A DNA stretch of 35,994 nucleotides. Origin: an uncultured bacterium. Lineage in GTDB: Bacteria; DYJV01. The notes beneath the pieces are model-generated. The model made no database searches. It saw only the letters and a list, made by a program, of their open reading frames with translations, and was not told the origin of the DNA. The stretch is taken from NCBI GenBank assembly GCA_964543655.1, contig CAZIZE010000013.1:1-35994 (forward strand), in the 5' to 3' direction. A program made the translations under genes and the position numbers. Of this stretch, positions 9,861-19,103 are shown piece by piece (positions within the stretch are counted from its first letter, which is position 1; every line of letters starts with the position of its first letter).

Positions 9861-12347
9861 TTAAATTTTTTTCAACATATTCTTTATATCTATTAATGTA
9901 AAAGGCTTCATGAGAAAATAATCAAATCCTAAATTTCTGTAATCAGGAAAAATCTTTTCAATAGGATAACCACTTACCACAACAAATTTTGCTTCTATAT
10001 TCTCTTTTTTTATCTCACCAATTATCTCTTTAGCTCCTCTACCATATTCTATTGTAAAATCAAGTATAATTAAATCATATCTATTTTTACGGGCAAACTC
10101 AATAGCTTCATCGCCATTAATACATAGGTCAACACTACAATTTAAAGATTGAAAAATCTCTTTTGCTATTTCTCTAACAGTATCATTGTCATCCATAAAT
10201 AGCACTTTAATATTTCCTTTTTTTGATAAACTTGATGTTTCATCAAAATTATCTGTTGCTGGAAGGTAAATTGTTATTGTTGTACCTCTATTTTCAGAAG
10301 ACTCAACTGTTATTAAGCCACCATGTTTTTCTATTATGGAGTAAGCAATTGAAAGTCCCAGTCCAGTGGCTGACTCTTTGGTTGTAAAAAATGGGTCAAA
10401 TATTTTATCAAGAACTTTCTCAGGAATACCAACACCTGTATCAATAATTTCTATTTTCACATAAGAACCCTTTTTTAAAATTTCATGCTTTTCATCAACA
10501 TCAAAATTTGAAACATTAATATAGATTGAGCCACCATTGGGCATTGCTTCTATTGAGTTTATTATTATATTTTTCAAACAGAGAAAAAATTGCTTTTTAT
10601 CAATATTTACACAATATAAATCTGGAGCAATATTTGATACTAATTCAATATTATCTTTATCCTTAAAAATAATTTTAATTTCTTCAAAAATATCTTTAAG
10701 AAAAACTGACTCTCTCAGAGGCTCGCCCCCTTTAGAAAAGGTTAGAAGCTTGCCAGTTAGTTCCATAGCAGGTTTAAGAGTATTTTCAATCTTTTCAATA
10801 TATTTTCTTGTGACAATATCAACACTCTTTAATTTAAGCAGAGAAACATTTCCATAAATAACTGTAAGAAGATTGTTAAATTCATGGGCTATTCCTGCTG
10901 CTAATCTTCCTATTTTTTCAAGAGTTTTTATTTTGGCAAGCTCTTTTTCCATCTGCTCTTTTTCTGTAACATCCCTGATTATCACAACAGTTCCAACCTG
11001 CCTATCCATTTCAAATAACGGAGACACAAAAACTTCAACTATAAAATTTTCTCTATTTACAGATGTTAATCTAACTTTTTTATGGATATTCGTGTAACGT
11101 GTCTCAATTTTTTTACCTGTTTCTAAATCATATAAGTTGAATACTTCATAAAAATCTTTATTTAATGCATTCTCTTTTTTTATACCAGTTAATTTTTCAG
11201 CAACAGGGTTGAAAATTGTAATTATGCATCTATTATCAACTACAACAACAGCTTCATTTATAGTGTTTAATGTAGCATTAAGCTTTCTTTCAAAATCTTT
11301 TAAATGAGATATATCCTGAACCAATGCAAATATAAAATTTCTGTTATTTTCAACAAACAAGCTTAAAGTAACAAGTGTATAAATTATCTGGTTGTTAAAA
11401 TCTTTATGAAACCATTCAAAATTAACAAAACCTTCTTTGATACCTTTAGCGAGCATTTCATTGGCTTTTTCAAAAGATTTTATTCCCTGTTCCTGAAAAT
11501 CTGGAGAAATATCAGCAGGATGATGATTAATAATATCTTCTTTACTTTTAGCTTTAAAAAGTTTCACTGCTGCTCTGTTGCAATCAACAAAAAGATTATT
11601 CTCTAAAATAAACATTGGTAAATGAGAGTTTTCAAAAATAATCTTAAATCTATTTGATAATTCATCAATTTTAATCAGTAATCTGTAATTATCTCTGTAA
11701 AGAAATATTAGTGCACTTATGCCAATTATCCAGATAAGCACAAAGAAATAGATAGAATGGTTAATTGATGTTTTCTCTGTTTCCAAAAATTTTGATGCAG
11801 GGAAAATTATACTTATGGCACCTCTTAACTGACCTAACTTTAAAGATAGTTTAGAATGACAATTAGTACAATCTTTTGTTACAAAAAGAGGAGATAAATA
11901 TCTAAATACCTGAACATTTCCATTAATTTTTGAAAAACCATAATATGGCTTTCTTGTTTTTTCTATTATTTTTAGCCCATTTCTCTCCCAATTATCTGGA
12001 GAGTTTTTAATATCAACAGGATTTAAACTGGTTAGTCTAATAACAATATTTTGAGAATTATCAATTTCTGAAACTTCCCTTAAAACCTGAAAAATATCTT
12101 TAAAAATAAATTTTTTCTGCTTATTATTTTTTGATGAAACATAAACACCTTTGTTCAGACTACTCCATTTAATTATTTTCTTTGCCATATTATTGAAAAA
12201 AGTTGCACTTTCAACAGCAAGATTGATAGTATGTTTTTTTTCTCTTAAAAAGGTAAAATAGCAGGCAGAAACTATGCACAGTGTCCATAGGGCTGCAAGA
12301 AAGAAATAGTTATTTTTTAATGATTTTAAATAATTTGGATTATCCAT
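9861..12347 (-). CDS. Membrane hybrid histidine kinase with periplasmic c-type heme DUF3365/Tll0287-like domain, two PAS domains and a receiver
   Basis: TM, periplasmic RLTSLNP..NSPD.WE...FRYLSPL..KDCTNCH..GQLRGAISI (CxxCH at nt 11856-11870), TM; two PAS; AHEFNNLL; DTGVGI, FDPFFTTK, TGLGL; receiver MDD...LDF...KPF. Confidence 0.92.
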   Translation of the reverse strand: MDNPNYLKSLKNNYFFLAALWTLCIVSACYFTFLREKKHTINLAVESATFFNNMAKKIIKWSSLNKGVYVSSKNNKQKKFIFKDIFQVLREVSEIDNSQNIVIRLTSLNPVDIKNSPDNWERNGLKIIEKTRKPYYGFSKINGNVQVFRYLSPLFVTKDCTNCHSKLSLKLGQLRGAISIIFPASKFLETEKTSINHSIYFFVLIWIIGISALIFLYRDNYRLLIKIDELSNRFKIIFENSHLPMFILENNLFVDCNRAAVKLFKAKSKEDIINHHPADISPDFQEQGIKSFEKANEMLAKGIKEGFVNFEWFHKDFNNQIIYTLVTLSLFVENNRNFIFALVQDISHLKDFERKLNATLNTINEAVVVVDNRCIITIFNPVAEKLTGIKKENALNKDFYEVFNLYDLETGKKIETRYTNIHKKVRLTSVNRENFIVEVFVSPLFEMDRQVGTVVIIRDVTEKEQMEKELAKIKTLEKIGRLAAGIAHEFNNLLTVIYGNVSLLKLKSVDIVTRKYIEKIENTLKPAMELTGKLLTFSKGGEPLRESVFLKDIFEEIKIIFKDKDNIELVSNIAPDLYCVNIDKKQFFLCLKNIIINSIEAMPNGGSIYINVSNFDVDEKHEILKKGSYVKIEIIDTGVGIPEKVLDKIFDPFFTTKESATGLGLSIAYSIIEKHGGLITVESSENRGTTITIYLPATDNFDETSSLSKKGNIKVLFMDDNDTVREIAKEIFQSLNCSVDLCINGDEAIEFARKNRYDLIILDFTIEYGRGAKEIIGEIKKENIEAKFVVVSGYPIEKIFPDYRNLGFDYFLMKPFTLIDIKNMLKKI

Positions 12348-12606
12348 TTTAAAAAAATAAAGTATTTTTCATTTATTATACAAGATACAGAGTTAATATA
12401 AATATAACATAGTTATAATTATTATTCAAGAAATAATTGGATATGTTAATAATTATCTTAAAACACAATTATATTTTAAATAAGACTTGTTTGATATAAT
12501 ATATCTTCTTTATTCTATTAATAAAAATAATTGATATTTTTTATTAAAAATCTTGATTTTTATTTTCTAAAATGGTAACTATTTTTAAAAAAACTTTTCA
12601 CAAAAA

Positions 12607-13794
12607 ATGAAAAAGATTTTCTATCTTTACATTCTTCTCTGGATTTCTGTAGTTCTCTTCTCACTCTGTTGGCATTATTATCGTGTTAGAAAGCAAACCC
12701 GGTTTATAGCATATGAAATTTCAAAAAGTTTTTTTGATTTTGTACTCCTCACAAGAGAGTGGAATGCAATGCATGGTGGGGTCTATGTTATTGTTGATAA
12801 CAACACCAGACCCAATCCCTACTTAAAAGACCCTTTAAGAGATATAAAGGTTAGCAACAATCTCATACTTACCAAAATCAATCCTGCATATATGACAAGG
12901 CAGTTATCAGACCTATCAGAAAAAGAGAGAGGTGTAATAATTGGCATCAAAAGTTTAAACCCTTTAAACCCTAAAAACAAACCAAATCAACTGGAAAGGG
13001 AAGCTCTTTTATCTTTTAAAAAAGGAAAAAAAGAATTTTTTAAAAAAGTTGGCAATAAATACTTTTATATGAGTGTGTTAACAGCTCAAAAACCTTGCTT
13101 AAAATGCCATAAAAATTTAAAAATAGGAGAAATGGTTGGTGGGATTAGTATTTTAATACCATTTGCTCCTGATTTACCTATTATGCCACTTGCAGTAGGC
13201 CACTTTTTCATTGGATTGTTAGGTGTTATTTTTATTATCTACTCAGGAAGAAAGCTTGAAAGAGCTTATCAAGAGATTGAAAAACAGGCAACTTATGATG
13301 GTCTTACAGGTATATACAATAGAAGAATGTTTGAAGAAAAAATCGCAGAAGAGGTTTCAAGGGGAAAAAGAGCAAATACACCATTATCATTAATTATTTG
13401 TGATATTGACTGGTTTAAAAAATACAATGATACTTATGGTCATAGAAAAGGTGATATTTGCCTTAAGAATGTTGCTGAGGCAATAAAAAAGTCTCTTAAA
13501 AGAATGTCTGATTTCTGTGCAAGGTATGGAGGCGAAGAATTTGCAGTTGTTTTGCCAAATACCAATGAACAAGGCGCTATCTCTATTGCCTACGATATTA
13601 AGAAAAATATTGAAAATCTGAAAATTCCCCATAAAGCATCACCAATAAATTTCATTACATTAAGTATGGGGATTTTTACAGTTGAGGATTATTCAAAAAT
13701 TTCTTCTTGTGATGATATAGTTAATTTTGCTGATAACGCTCTTTATAAAGCAAAATCATCTGGCAGGAATATTATAGTGGTGTATGAAACATAA
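12607..13794 (+). CDS. Diguanylate cyclase with periplasmic c-type heme DUF3365-like domain
   Basis: TM, WNAMHGGVYV..NPYL..INPAYMTRQLS..KSLNPLNPKN..PCLKCH (nt 13096-13110), TM; DGLTGIYNRR, DIDWFKKYNDTYGH, RxxD I-site (RMSD) and GGEEF. Confidence 0.93.
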   Translation: MKKIFYLYILLWISVVLFSLCWHYYRVRKQTRFIAYEISKSFFDFVLLTREWNAMHGGVYVIVDNNTRPNPYLKDPLRDIKVSNNLILTKINPAYMTRQLSDLSEKERGVIIGIKSLNPLNPKNKPNQLEREALLSFKKGKKEFFKKVGNKYFYMSVLTAQKPCLKCHKNLKIGEMVGGISILIPFAPDLPIMPLAVGHFFIGLLGVIFIIYSGRKLERAYQEIEKQATYDGLTGIYNRRMFEEKIAEEVSRGKRANTPLSLIICDIDWFKKYNDTYGHRKGDICLKNVAEAIKKSLKRMSDFCARYGGEEFAVVLPNTNEQGAISIAYDIKKNIENLKIPHKASPINFITLSMGIFTVEDYSKISSCDDIVNFADNALYKAKSSGRNIIVVYET

Positions 13795-13795
13795 A

Positions 13796-13992
13796 AAGAC
13801 CTTTGCACAGCATCTTTAGTGATATGCTAAATTTTTATTTGATAATAATAACTTATGGATTCTTCAGTCGCTATGCTTCTTCAGAATGACCTCGAAAAAG
13901 TCATTCTGAGCAAAGCGAAGAATCCATTATACCTACTTACTTTTCTTATCTATTGGATTAATTTTTACCATTTTTTATTGTGCAAAGGTCTT
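13796..13992. mobile_element. MITE-like non-autonomous element, copy 1, with internal REP-like hairpin
   Basis: Perfect 14-bp terminal inverted repeats AAGACCTTTGCACA (13796-13809) and TGTGCAAAGGTCTT (13979-13992). ATAAA lies on both sides (possible target duplication). Nested stems: ATGGATTCTTC/GAAGAATCCAT (13855-13865/13917-13927) and TCAGAATGAC/GTCATTCTGA (13881-13890/13900-13909). A related copy is at 19210-19360. Confidence 0.8.
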
Positions 13993-14084
13993 ATAAAAAT
14001 CAGAAATTCAAGCTTCACTCCTTTTAAAAATAAAAAATTTTTTATTGTTAATATTCAAAAAATATAAAACCAACCTTGAATCAA

Positions 14085-14116
14085 GAGATTTTTCAGGCTA
14101 ACGCCCTCAAAATAAC
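14085..14116 (+). repeat. Degenerate half-copy of the REP-like unit
   Basis: GAGATTTTTCAGGCTAACGCCCTCAAAATAAC resembles GGATTCTTCAGTCGCTATGCTTCTTCAGAATGAC (13857-13890) at both ends. Confidence 0.4.
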
Positions 14117-14217
14117 AGCTTTTCTGGTAAATAAGAACACTTATCAAAAAATTACTGTTGAGTTTTAATTTTGTTTTTGTATAATCCGGTTTTCAATGTA
14201 AAACTTAAATTCCAAAA

Positions 14218-14982
14218 TTAATTTCTTCTATTTATAACAATCCTTAATATAATAAAAAAGATTAGGCAAATTAACATAAGCCACACAGCAACAGGCATTG
14301 AGTATTTTAATCCATAAGATGTAAATCTTTCATAAATCATCACTGGAGCTACCATTGGATGATATGCAATAATTATCACAGCCCCAAATTCACTAATTGC
14401 TCTTGCCATTGCCATTATTATTCCTTCAAGAATACTTTTTAATGATAGTGGTATAGTAATTTTAAAAAAAGTTTCAAATTGTGATTTCCCAAGTGTTCTT
14501 GAAACATACTCCAATCTCTCAGGAATAGATTTAATTCCACTTTTCACACTATTTATATAAAATGGAAGGGCAACATATGTTAAAACCATAACAATACCAA
14601 CAACAGAGCCAACAACATCAATAGCAAGTTTATTTAAAATTTTCCCTATCCAGTAATCTTTTGCCACAACAGACAAAATTGCAAGACCAATTACAGGATG
14701 TGGTATCATTATGGGAAGATCAACAATACCCTCAATAATTTTTTTAAATGGGAAATCTTTTCTTGCAAAAACATAGGCTATTGGAGTACCAAAAATAACT
14801 GACAGTATTGCTGCCAAAATAGAGGAATACAAACTTAATAGGAGAGCATGCACCACTTCACTATCTTTAATAGAATTAATTAAATTGGAAATTGTTGGAA
14901 ACATAAAAATATTTAAAAGTGGTAAAAATATAAAAAAGAAAATTATTGAAGATAAGGTATAGAATAAAAATTTAAATTTCAT
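14218..14982 (-). CDS. wtpB: Tungstate/molybdate ABC transporter permease (WtpB/ModB family)
   Basis: Multi-TM protein with VDLPIMIPHPVIGLAIL, the EAA-like loop LEYVSRTLG and ARAISEFGA; in an operon with a WtpA-type binding protein. Confidence 0.85.
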   Translation of the reverse strand: MKFKFLFYTLSSIIFFFIFLPLLNIFMFPTISNLINSIKDSEVVHALLLSLYSSILAAILSVIFGTPIAYVFARKDFPFKKIIEGIVDLPIMIPHPVIGLAILSVVAKDYWIGKILNKLAIDVVGSVVGIVMVLTYVALPFYINSVKSGIKSIPERLEYVSRTLGKSQFETFFKITIPLSLKSILEGIIMAMARAISEFGAVIIIAYHPMVAPVMIYERFTSYGLKYSMPVAVWLMLICLIFFIILRIVINRRN

Positions 14983-16027
14983 TATATATCCTTACATTTG
15001 TGGCTTTTAATAGAAAATAAATTTCATCACCTGATTTTAAATTAAGCTCATCAAAAGCATTTTTGGTAACTATAGCTTTTATTCTAAAACTTCCAACTTT
15101 TAAAATTAAATAATAAACCTTATTTTCCATATTAAAATCAATTAAAGTTCCAGAAAGAATATTTCTCGCTGATGAATCTGATGGTGCATTTTTAAAAATA
15201 ATAATATCTTCTGGCCTAAATGCAACTTTTACCTTTTCACCAACTTTTGCAACATCAGAGCTGTAAATATAAAAATTACCCACCTTAATCTCTGTAACCC
15301 CTTTTTCATTATTTGAAACCCTGCCACTAAGAATATTGGTATCAACAAAACCTGCAATAAAACTATTTGCTGGTTTATACATAACCTCCTCAATAGAGCC
15401 AAATTGCAACAATTTGCCACCTTTTATAACTGCTACCTTATTTGCAAGAAGCCAAACATCATCAAGGTCATGTGTTACATGAATAATTGTTATATTGTAT
15501 TTTACAGCAAGTTTTTTCATAAGGTTTCTAATAGAAGACTTTGTAACATTATCAAGAGCTGAGAAAGGCTCATCCATTAAAATTATATCAGGATTAACAA
15601 TAAGTGCTCTTGCCATTGCAACTCTCTGCTTCTCACCACCAGATAAAGTCTCAGGCATTCTCTCAAGTAGACTCTCTATGTTCAACAGCTTTGCAACTTC
15701 TCTAATTTTTTTATCATCTTTATTATTTAACCCATATGCAATATTTTTATACACATTAATATGTGGAAAAAGTGCATAATCTTGATAAATTATACCTATC
15801 TTTCTTTTTTCAGGAGGATAATCAGTAATATCAGTGTTTTTTAAAAAAATTTTACCACTCATATATTTATGAATACCAAGAATAGCTTCTAAAAAAATAG
15901 TTTTTCCTGAACCAGTGGGACCAATAATAGCAAGATAATCTCCCTGGTTAATTGAAAAAGAGAGGTTTTTTAATTTAAAACTTCTTAAATCAATTGATAA
16001 GTTTTCTATTTTTAAAAAATTTTCCAT
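14972..16027 (-). CDS. wtpC: Tungstate/molybdate ABC transporter ATPase with C-terminal TOBE domains (WtpC/ModC family)
   Basis: Walker A GPTGSGKT, YQDYALFPH, LSGGEKQR, DEPFSALD, HVTHD; C-terminal SARN...L(x)A(x)VT...L.LK.G..IY..LKA TOBE/Mop pattern. Confidence 0.88.
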   Translation of the reverse strand: MENFLKIENLSIDLRSFKLKNLSFSINQGDYLAIIGPTGSGKTIFLEAILGIHKYMSGKIFLKNTDITDYPPEKRKIGIIYQDYALFPHINVYKNIAYGLNNKDDKKIREVAKLLNIESLLERMPETLSGGEKQRVAMARALIVNPDIILMDEPFSALDNVTKSSIRNLMKKLAVKYNITIIHVTHDLDDVWLLANKVAVIKGGKLLQFGSIEEVMYKPANSFIAGFVDTNILSGRVSNNEKGVTEIKVGNFYIYSSDVAKVGEKVKVAFRPEDIIIFKNAPSDSSARNILSGTLIDFNMENKVYYLILKVGSFRIKAIVTKNAFDELNLKSGDEIYFLLKATNVRIYNEI

Positions 16028-17346
16028 GAAAATTTATATTCCCATTGTATAAAAAACCAATTTGCTTCTTTCCTTGATGCAAGATTTTTTGCAAATTGCC
16101 CAGGAAAAAAATGACCATACCCTGCTTGCAATATACTTTTTTTAAATATTTTAAACTTCCCAACTATGTCAAATTCTTTTCCAAGATAGTTACCAGATTT
16201 ACCTGTTCTATCAATATATAATTTTTTATTAAGGTACCAAGCATCTTTTTTGGAAGCAAGCCAGAATTTGTGCATTTCCATTTTAATATATAATTTTTTC
16301 AAAGGCTTTAATTCTACATTTATCTGGGCATCTTTTATATTTTTCCAGTGAAAAAGATTCATTCTGCCATACATTTTATCTCTTGCGCCAAAGGCGCCAT
16401 CGAATGTTTTATGCTTTTTATCAAAGTGATTATTATCTCCTGAACCATATGAGTATTCTAAACTCAATTTTATATTTGAATTAGTTTTAAAATTATATGC
16501 TAATAAAATATGATAACCATAGGCTCTAATATCATCCTCAGAAAAATCTCCTCTTTGAATAATATATAATGAATCAAAATCAAAATTTTTTAAATTCTTT
16601 CTAAAAATTCTCATCCCAATATAATAAGAATTAAGATCACCCATTTTACCGGTTTCAGATTTATATCTATTGTGCCTATCTTTTTTTGTCATAAAAAATG
16701 GTTCAATATTAATTTTTAAAAATATTTTGGACAACCTAAAATGGCTATAAAAACCAAAGCTTTCATAACCATGTCTATGATTTAAGCTGAATTCATTTGG
16801 TTCGTGTAACATGGTTTTCCCATAAAAAATATCAAAAGAATCTTTTTTAAATTTATAAGACATTTTAATAGCATCCCAAATCCATCTCCCTGTATTTCCC
16901 CATGCACCTGGACCAAATACCCTTTTATCACCAAAAAAAATCCTTTGCCTTCCAGCCCTTACTTCCAAATTTTTATTAAAAATATTTTTCATTTCAATAT
17001 AACTTTCCCATAGCTCTATTTTATCTTTATTTGGATTATGCTCCATTCCAAAGGTATTATTATAAAATGCATAATCTGGAATTGCTATATCCCATGCCTC
17101 TGAGTCCTGGCACCACAATTTTATATGAAAATTTTTCATAAAAAAGTAATCAAATCCAAAATTAAACCGACCAAGAAGAAACCCATCATTACTCTTACCA
17201 TATTTAGGATGTGCTCCATAAAATTTCTGATTAAAGTTATTTTGAAACTCATACCTAAATCTTACTTTAGAGCCAAATCTCAAAGTACTTGCAAATAAAG
17301 TTGAGCTAAAAGAAAAAATTATCAACATTAAGACTATCTTTTTCAT
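16012..17346 (-). CDS. Alginate-export (AlgE-like) family outer-membrane beta-barrel protein
   Basis: Start moved to ATG 17346 (MKKIVLMLIIFSFSSTLFA signal peptide, GGAG SD). Motifs RFRYE, GRQRIFFGDKRVFG, WDAIK, YSYGSGD, GKEFDI, GYGHFFPG, and a C-terminal Phe. Confidence 0.75.
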   Translation of the reverse strand: MKKIVLMLIIFSFSSTLFASTLRFGSKVRFRYEFQNNFNQKFYGAHPKYGKSNDGFLLGRFNFGFDYFFMKNFHIKLWCQDSEAWDIAIPDYAFYNNTFGMEHNPNKDKIELWESYIEMKNIFNKNLEVRAGRQRIFFGDKRVFGPGAWGNTGRWIWDAIKMSYKFKKDSFDIFYGKTMLHEPNEFSLNHRHGYESFGFYSHFRLSKIFLKINIEPFFMTKKDRHNRYKSETGKMGDLNSYYIGMRIFRKNLKNFDFDSLYIIQRGDFSEDDIRAYGYHILLAYNFKTNSNIKLSLEYSYGSGDNNHFDKKHKTFDGAFGARDKMYGRMNLFHWKNIKDAQINVELKPLKKLYIKMEMHKFWLASKKDAWYLNKKLYIDRTGKSGNYLGKEFDIVGKFKIFKKSILQAGYGHFFPGQFAKNLASRKEANWFFIQWEYKFSWKIF

Positions 17347-17362
17347 TTTTAATCTCCAACGT

Positions 17363-19054
17363 TTAATGTTCATATTTTTTAGCATATTTGGCATTATTGT
17401 AAAGAGCTTTCCCAAACTTTTCTTTTCCATATATTTTTAATAATTTTTGTGCATTATTAGATTTTAAAAATCTTATAAATTCACAACCAAGTTTTTGAGA
17501 TGGTGTAGCACCAATAGAAGCACATAACCCATGATAAACATTTACTAATAATGGGTCATCTTTAAATAAAACCTTCAAATTTCTAATTTTATCTTTTGCC
17601 GAATACCATGTACTTGAATCTGTCATAAAATATCCGTTTTCTTTATCAGCTTTTAACAATGTAGCCATCATAAAATCATGAGTAACAATATACCATTCTT
17701 TTTCATAAGGTTTCATTTTAGCAAGCCTCCATATATAAAGCTCTTTTTTATTTGTCCCAGAATTATCACCACGAGAGAAAAATTTAGATTTAGTTTTTGC
17801 AATTCTTCTATATGCGTCAATAACACTTTTTGCTTTTTTTATTTTTGCTGGGTCTTCTTTTGGCCCAACAATAAAAAATTCATTTGAACCTATTAAAGTC
17901 CTATTAATTGCCCACCCTTCTTTTATTGCTTCTTTTTCAGCGTTTGGAGCATGTACCATAACTGCATCCACTTTTCTGCTTTTCAATAATTTTAGTGATT
18001 TCCCAGAGCCTGCTTTTATCCAGCACATCTTAGAATTATGAGCCCTGTTAAATATTAAAGCAAGTTGCTTTAAAAGACCAAGCTCACCTGGACTTCCAGT
18101 GGCAAGTAGAAAAATATTTTTACCACTTCCATATATAGCTCTACATTTTATTGAACTTTCAGGCCATTCTTGATAAATAAAATTTTGACCGCATTCTTTG
18201 ATAATCTTGCCACCTTTGTTTCTGTTGAGTACAAAATCTACAAATTTTTTTGCAAGTAATGGATGTTTTGAATTTTTAAGATAAGTAATTCCATAAATTA
18301 TAGCCTTTCCTTTTTTATAGATAAATTCTCCAGGTTTTTTACCAGCTAATTTAACTTTAACAGATGAATAAAAACTATTATACTTTAGTTTGCTTAAATT
18401 AATTTTATCAGGAAGTTTAATATAATTAAAATGATGTTGAACAGCTATTGATTTATATATAAAGAGGTAATCAATAAAACCCTCTTCAAGCAATGGTGTT
18501 AAATCTGTTTCCTTTGGCCTGATGATTATTTTTTCTCTATTTGAAGTTATTTTTTTAAAAAAATCCTTGATTTTGTAATACTTTTGAGCAAGTTTTAAAA
18601 GTAAAATTGTCCTGTAACCACAAGGATCAAGATTGGGGTCTGAATGGCCATATTTAACACCTTTTTTCATAATAATTTTATACCAGTTGCTATTATTTAT
18701 CTTTTTATGAAATTTACTCTTATCAGTATAGCATATTACCATTTCATTAGATGCAAATTTGAAATTTTTATCTGCAAATTCTGGGATAAGCATATCATTA
18801 ATCAAGGTATAATCTGCAGAAGCATAAACATCAGCATATTTACCAACATCAGCTATCATTCTTGCAAGCTTTCTGCTGCCACCAACCACCCTTAATACAT
18901 CAACATTAGGATTCTCTTTTTCAAAAGCTTTCTCTATCTTCATAAAAGGAACAGTTAAGCTTCCTGCATGAAATACAACCAACTTTGTTTTTGCAAAAAC
19001 CAATGTTGAAAAAAAGGATAAAATAAAAAGATTTAAAAGGATTTTTCTACACAT
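17363..19054 (-). CDS. Fused oxyanion-binding protein: N-terminal WtpA domain plus C-terminal TupA-like domain
   Basis: One signal peptide. aa ~22-295 WtpA motifs (VFHAGSL, GSR, ASADY, FASNEM, DPNLDPCGYR, RPKETDL, YKSIAVQH). aa ~303-563 TupA-like motifs (LATGSPGELG, GSGKSL, VHAP, NEFFIVGP, FSRGDNSGTNKKE, YFMTDSST, LVNVYH). Confidence 0.85.
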   Translation of the reverse strand: MCRKILLNLFILSFFSTLVFAKTKLVVFHAGSLTVPFMKIEKAFEKENPNVDVLRVVGGSRKLARMIADVGKYADVYASADYTLINDMLIPEFADKNFKFASNEMVICYTDKSKFHKKINNSNWYKIIMKKGVKYGHSDPNLDPCGYRTILLLKLAQKYYKIKDFFKKITSNREKIIIRPKETDLTPLLEEGFIDYLFIYKSIAVQHHFNYIKLPDKINLSKLKYNSFYSSVKVKLAGKKPGEFIYKKGKAIIYGITYLKNSKHPLLAKKFVDFVLNRNKGGKIIKECGQNFIYQEWPESSIKCRAIYGSGKNIFLLATGSPGELGLLKQLALIFNRAHNSKMCWIKAGSGKSLKLLKSRKVDAVMVHAPNAEKEAIKEGWAINRTLIGSNEFFIVGPKEDPAKIKKAKSVIDAYRRIAKTKSKFFSRGDNSGTNKKELYIWRLAKMKPYEKEWYIVTHDFMMATLLKADKENGYFMTDSSTWYSAKDKIRNLKVLFKDDPLLVNVYHGLCASIGATPSQKLGCEFIRFLKSNNAQKLLKIYGKEKFGKALYNNAKYAKKYEH

Positions 19055-19103
19055 CTATTCCTCCATTAAAATATTTTAGAAATCAAATAACAAATAGTAA
19101 CTT

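Noticed and set aside
13855-14067. 70-aa ORF MDSSVAMLLQND...VILSKAKNP
   Set aside because: It starts inside the palindromic repeat and is just its translation; no SD and no protein-like features.
17347-17430. Longer N-terminus of the beta-barrel ORF
   Set aside because: It overlaps the upstream gene; the signal peptide and SD fit ATG 17346.
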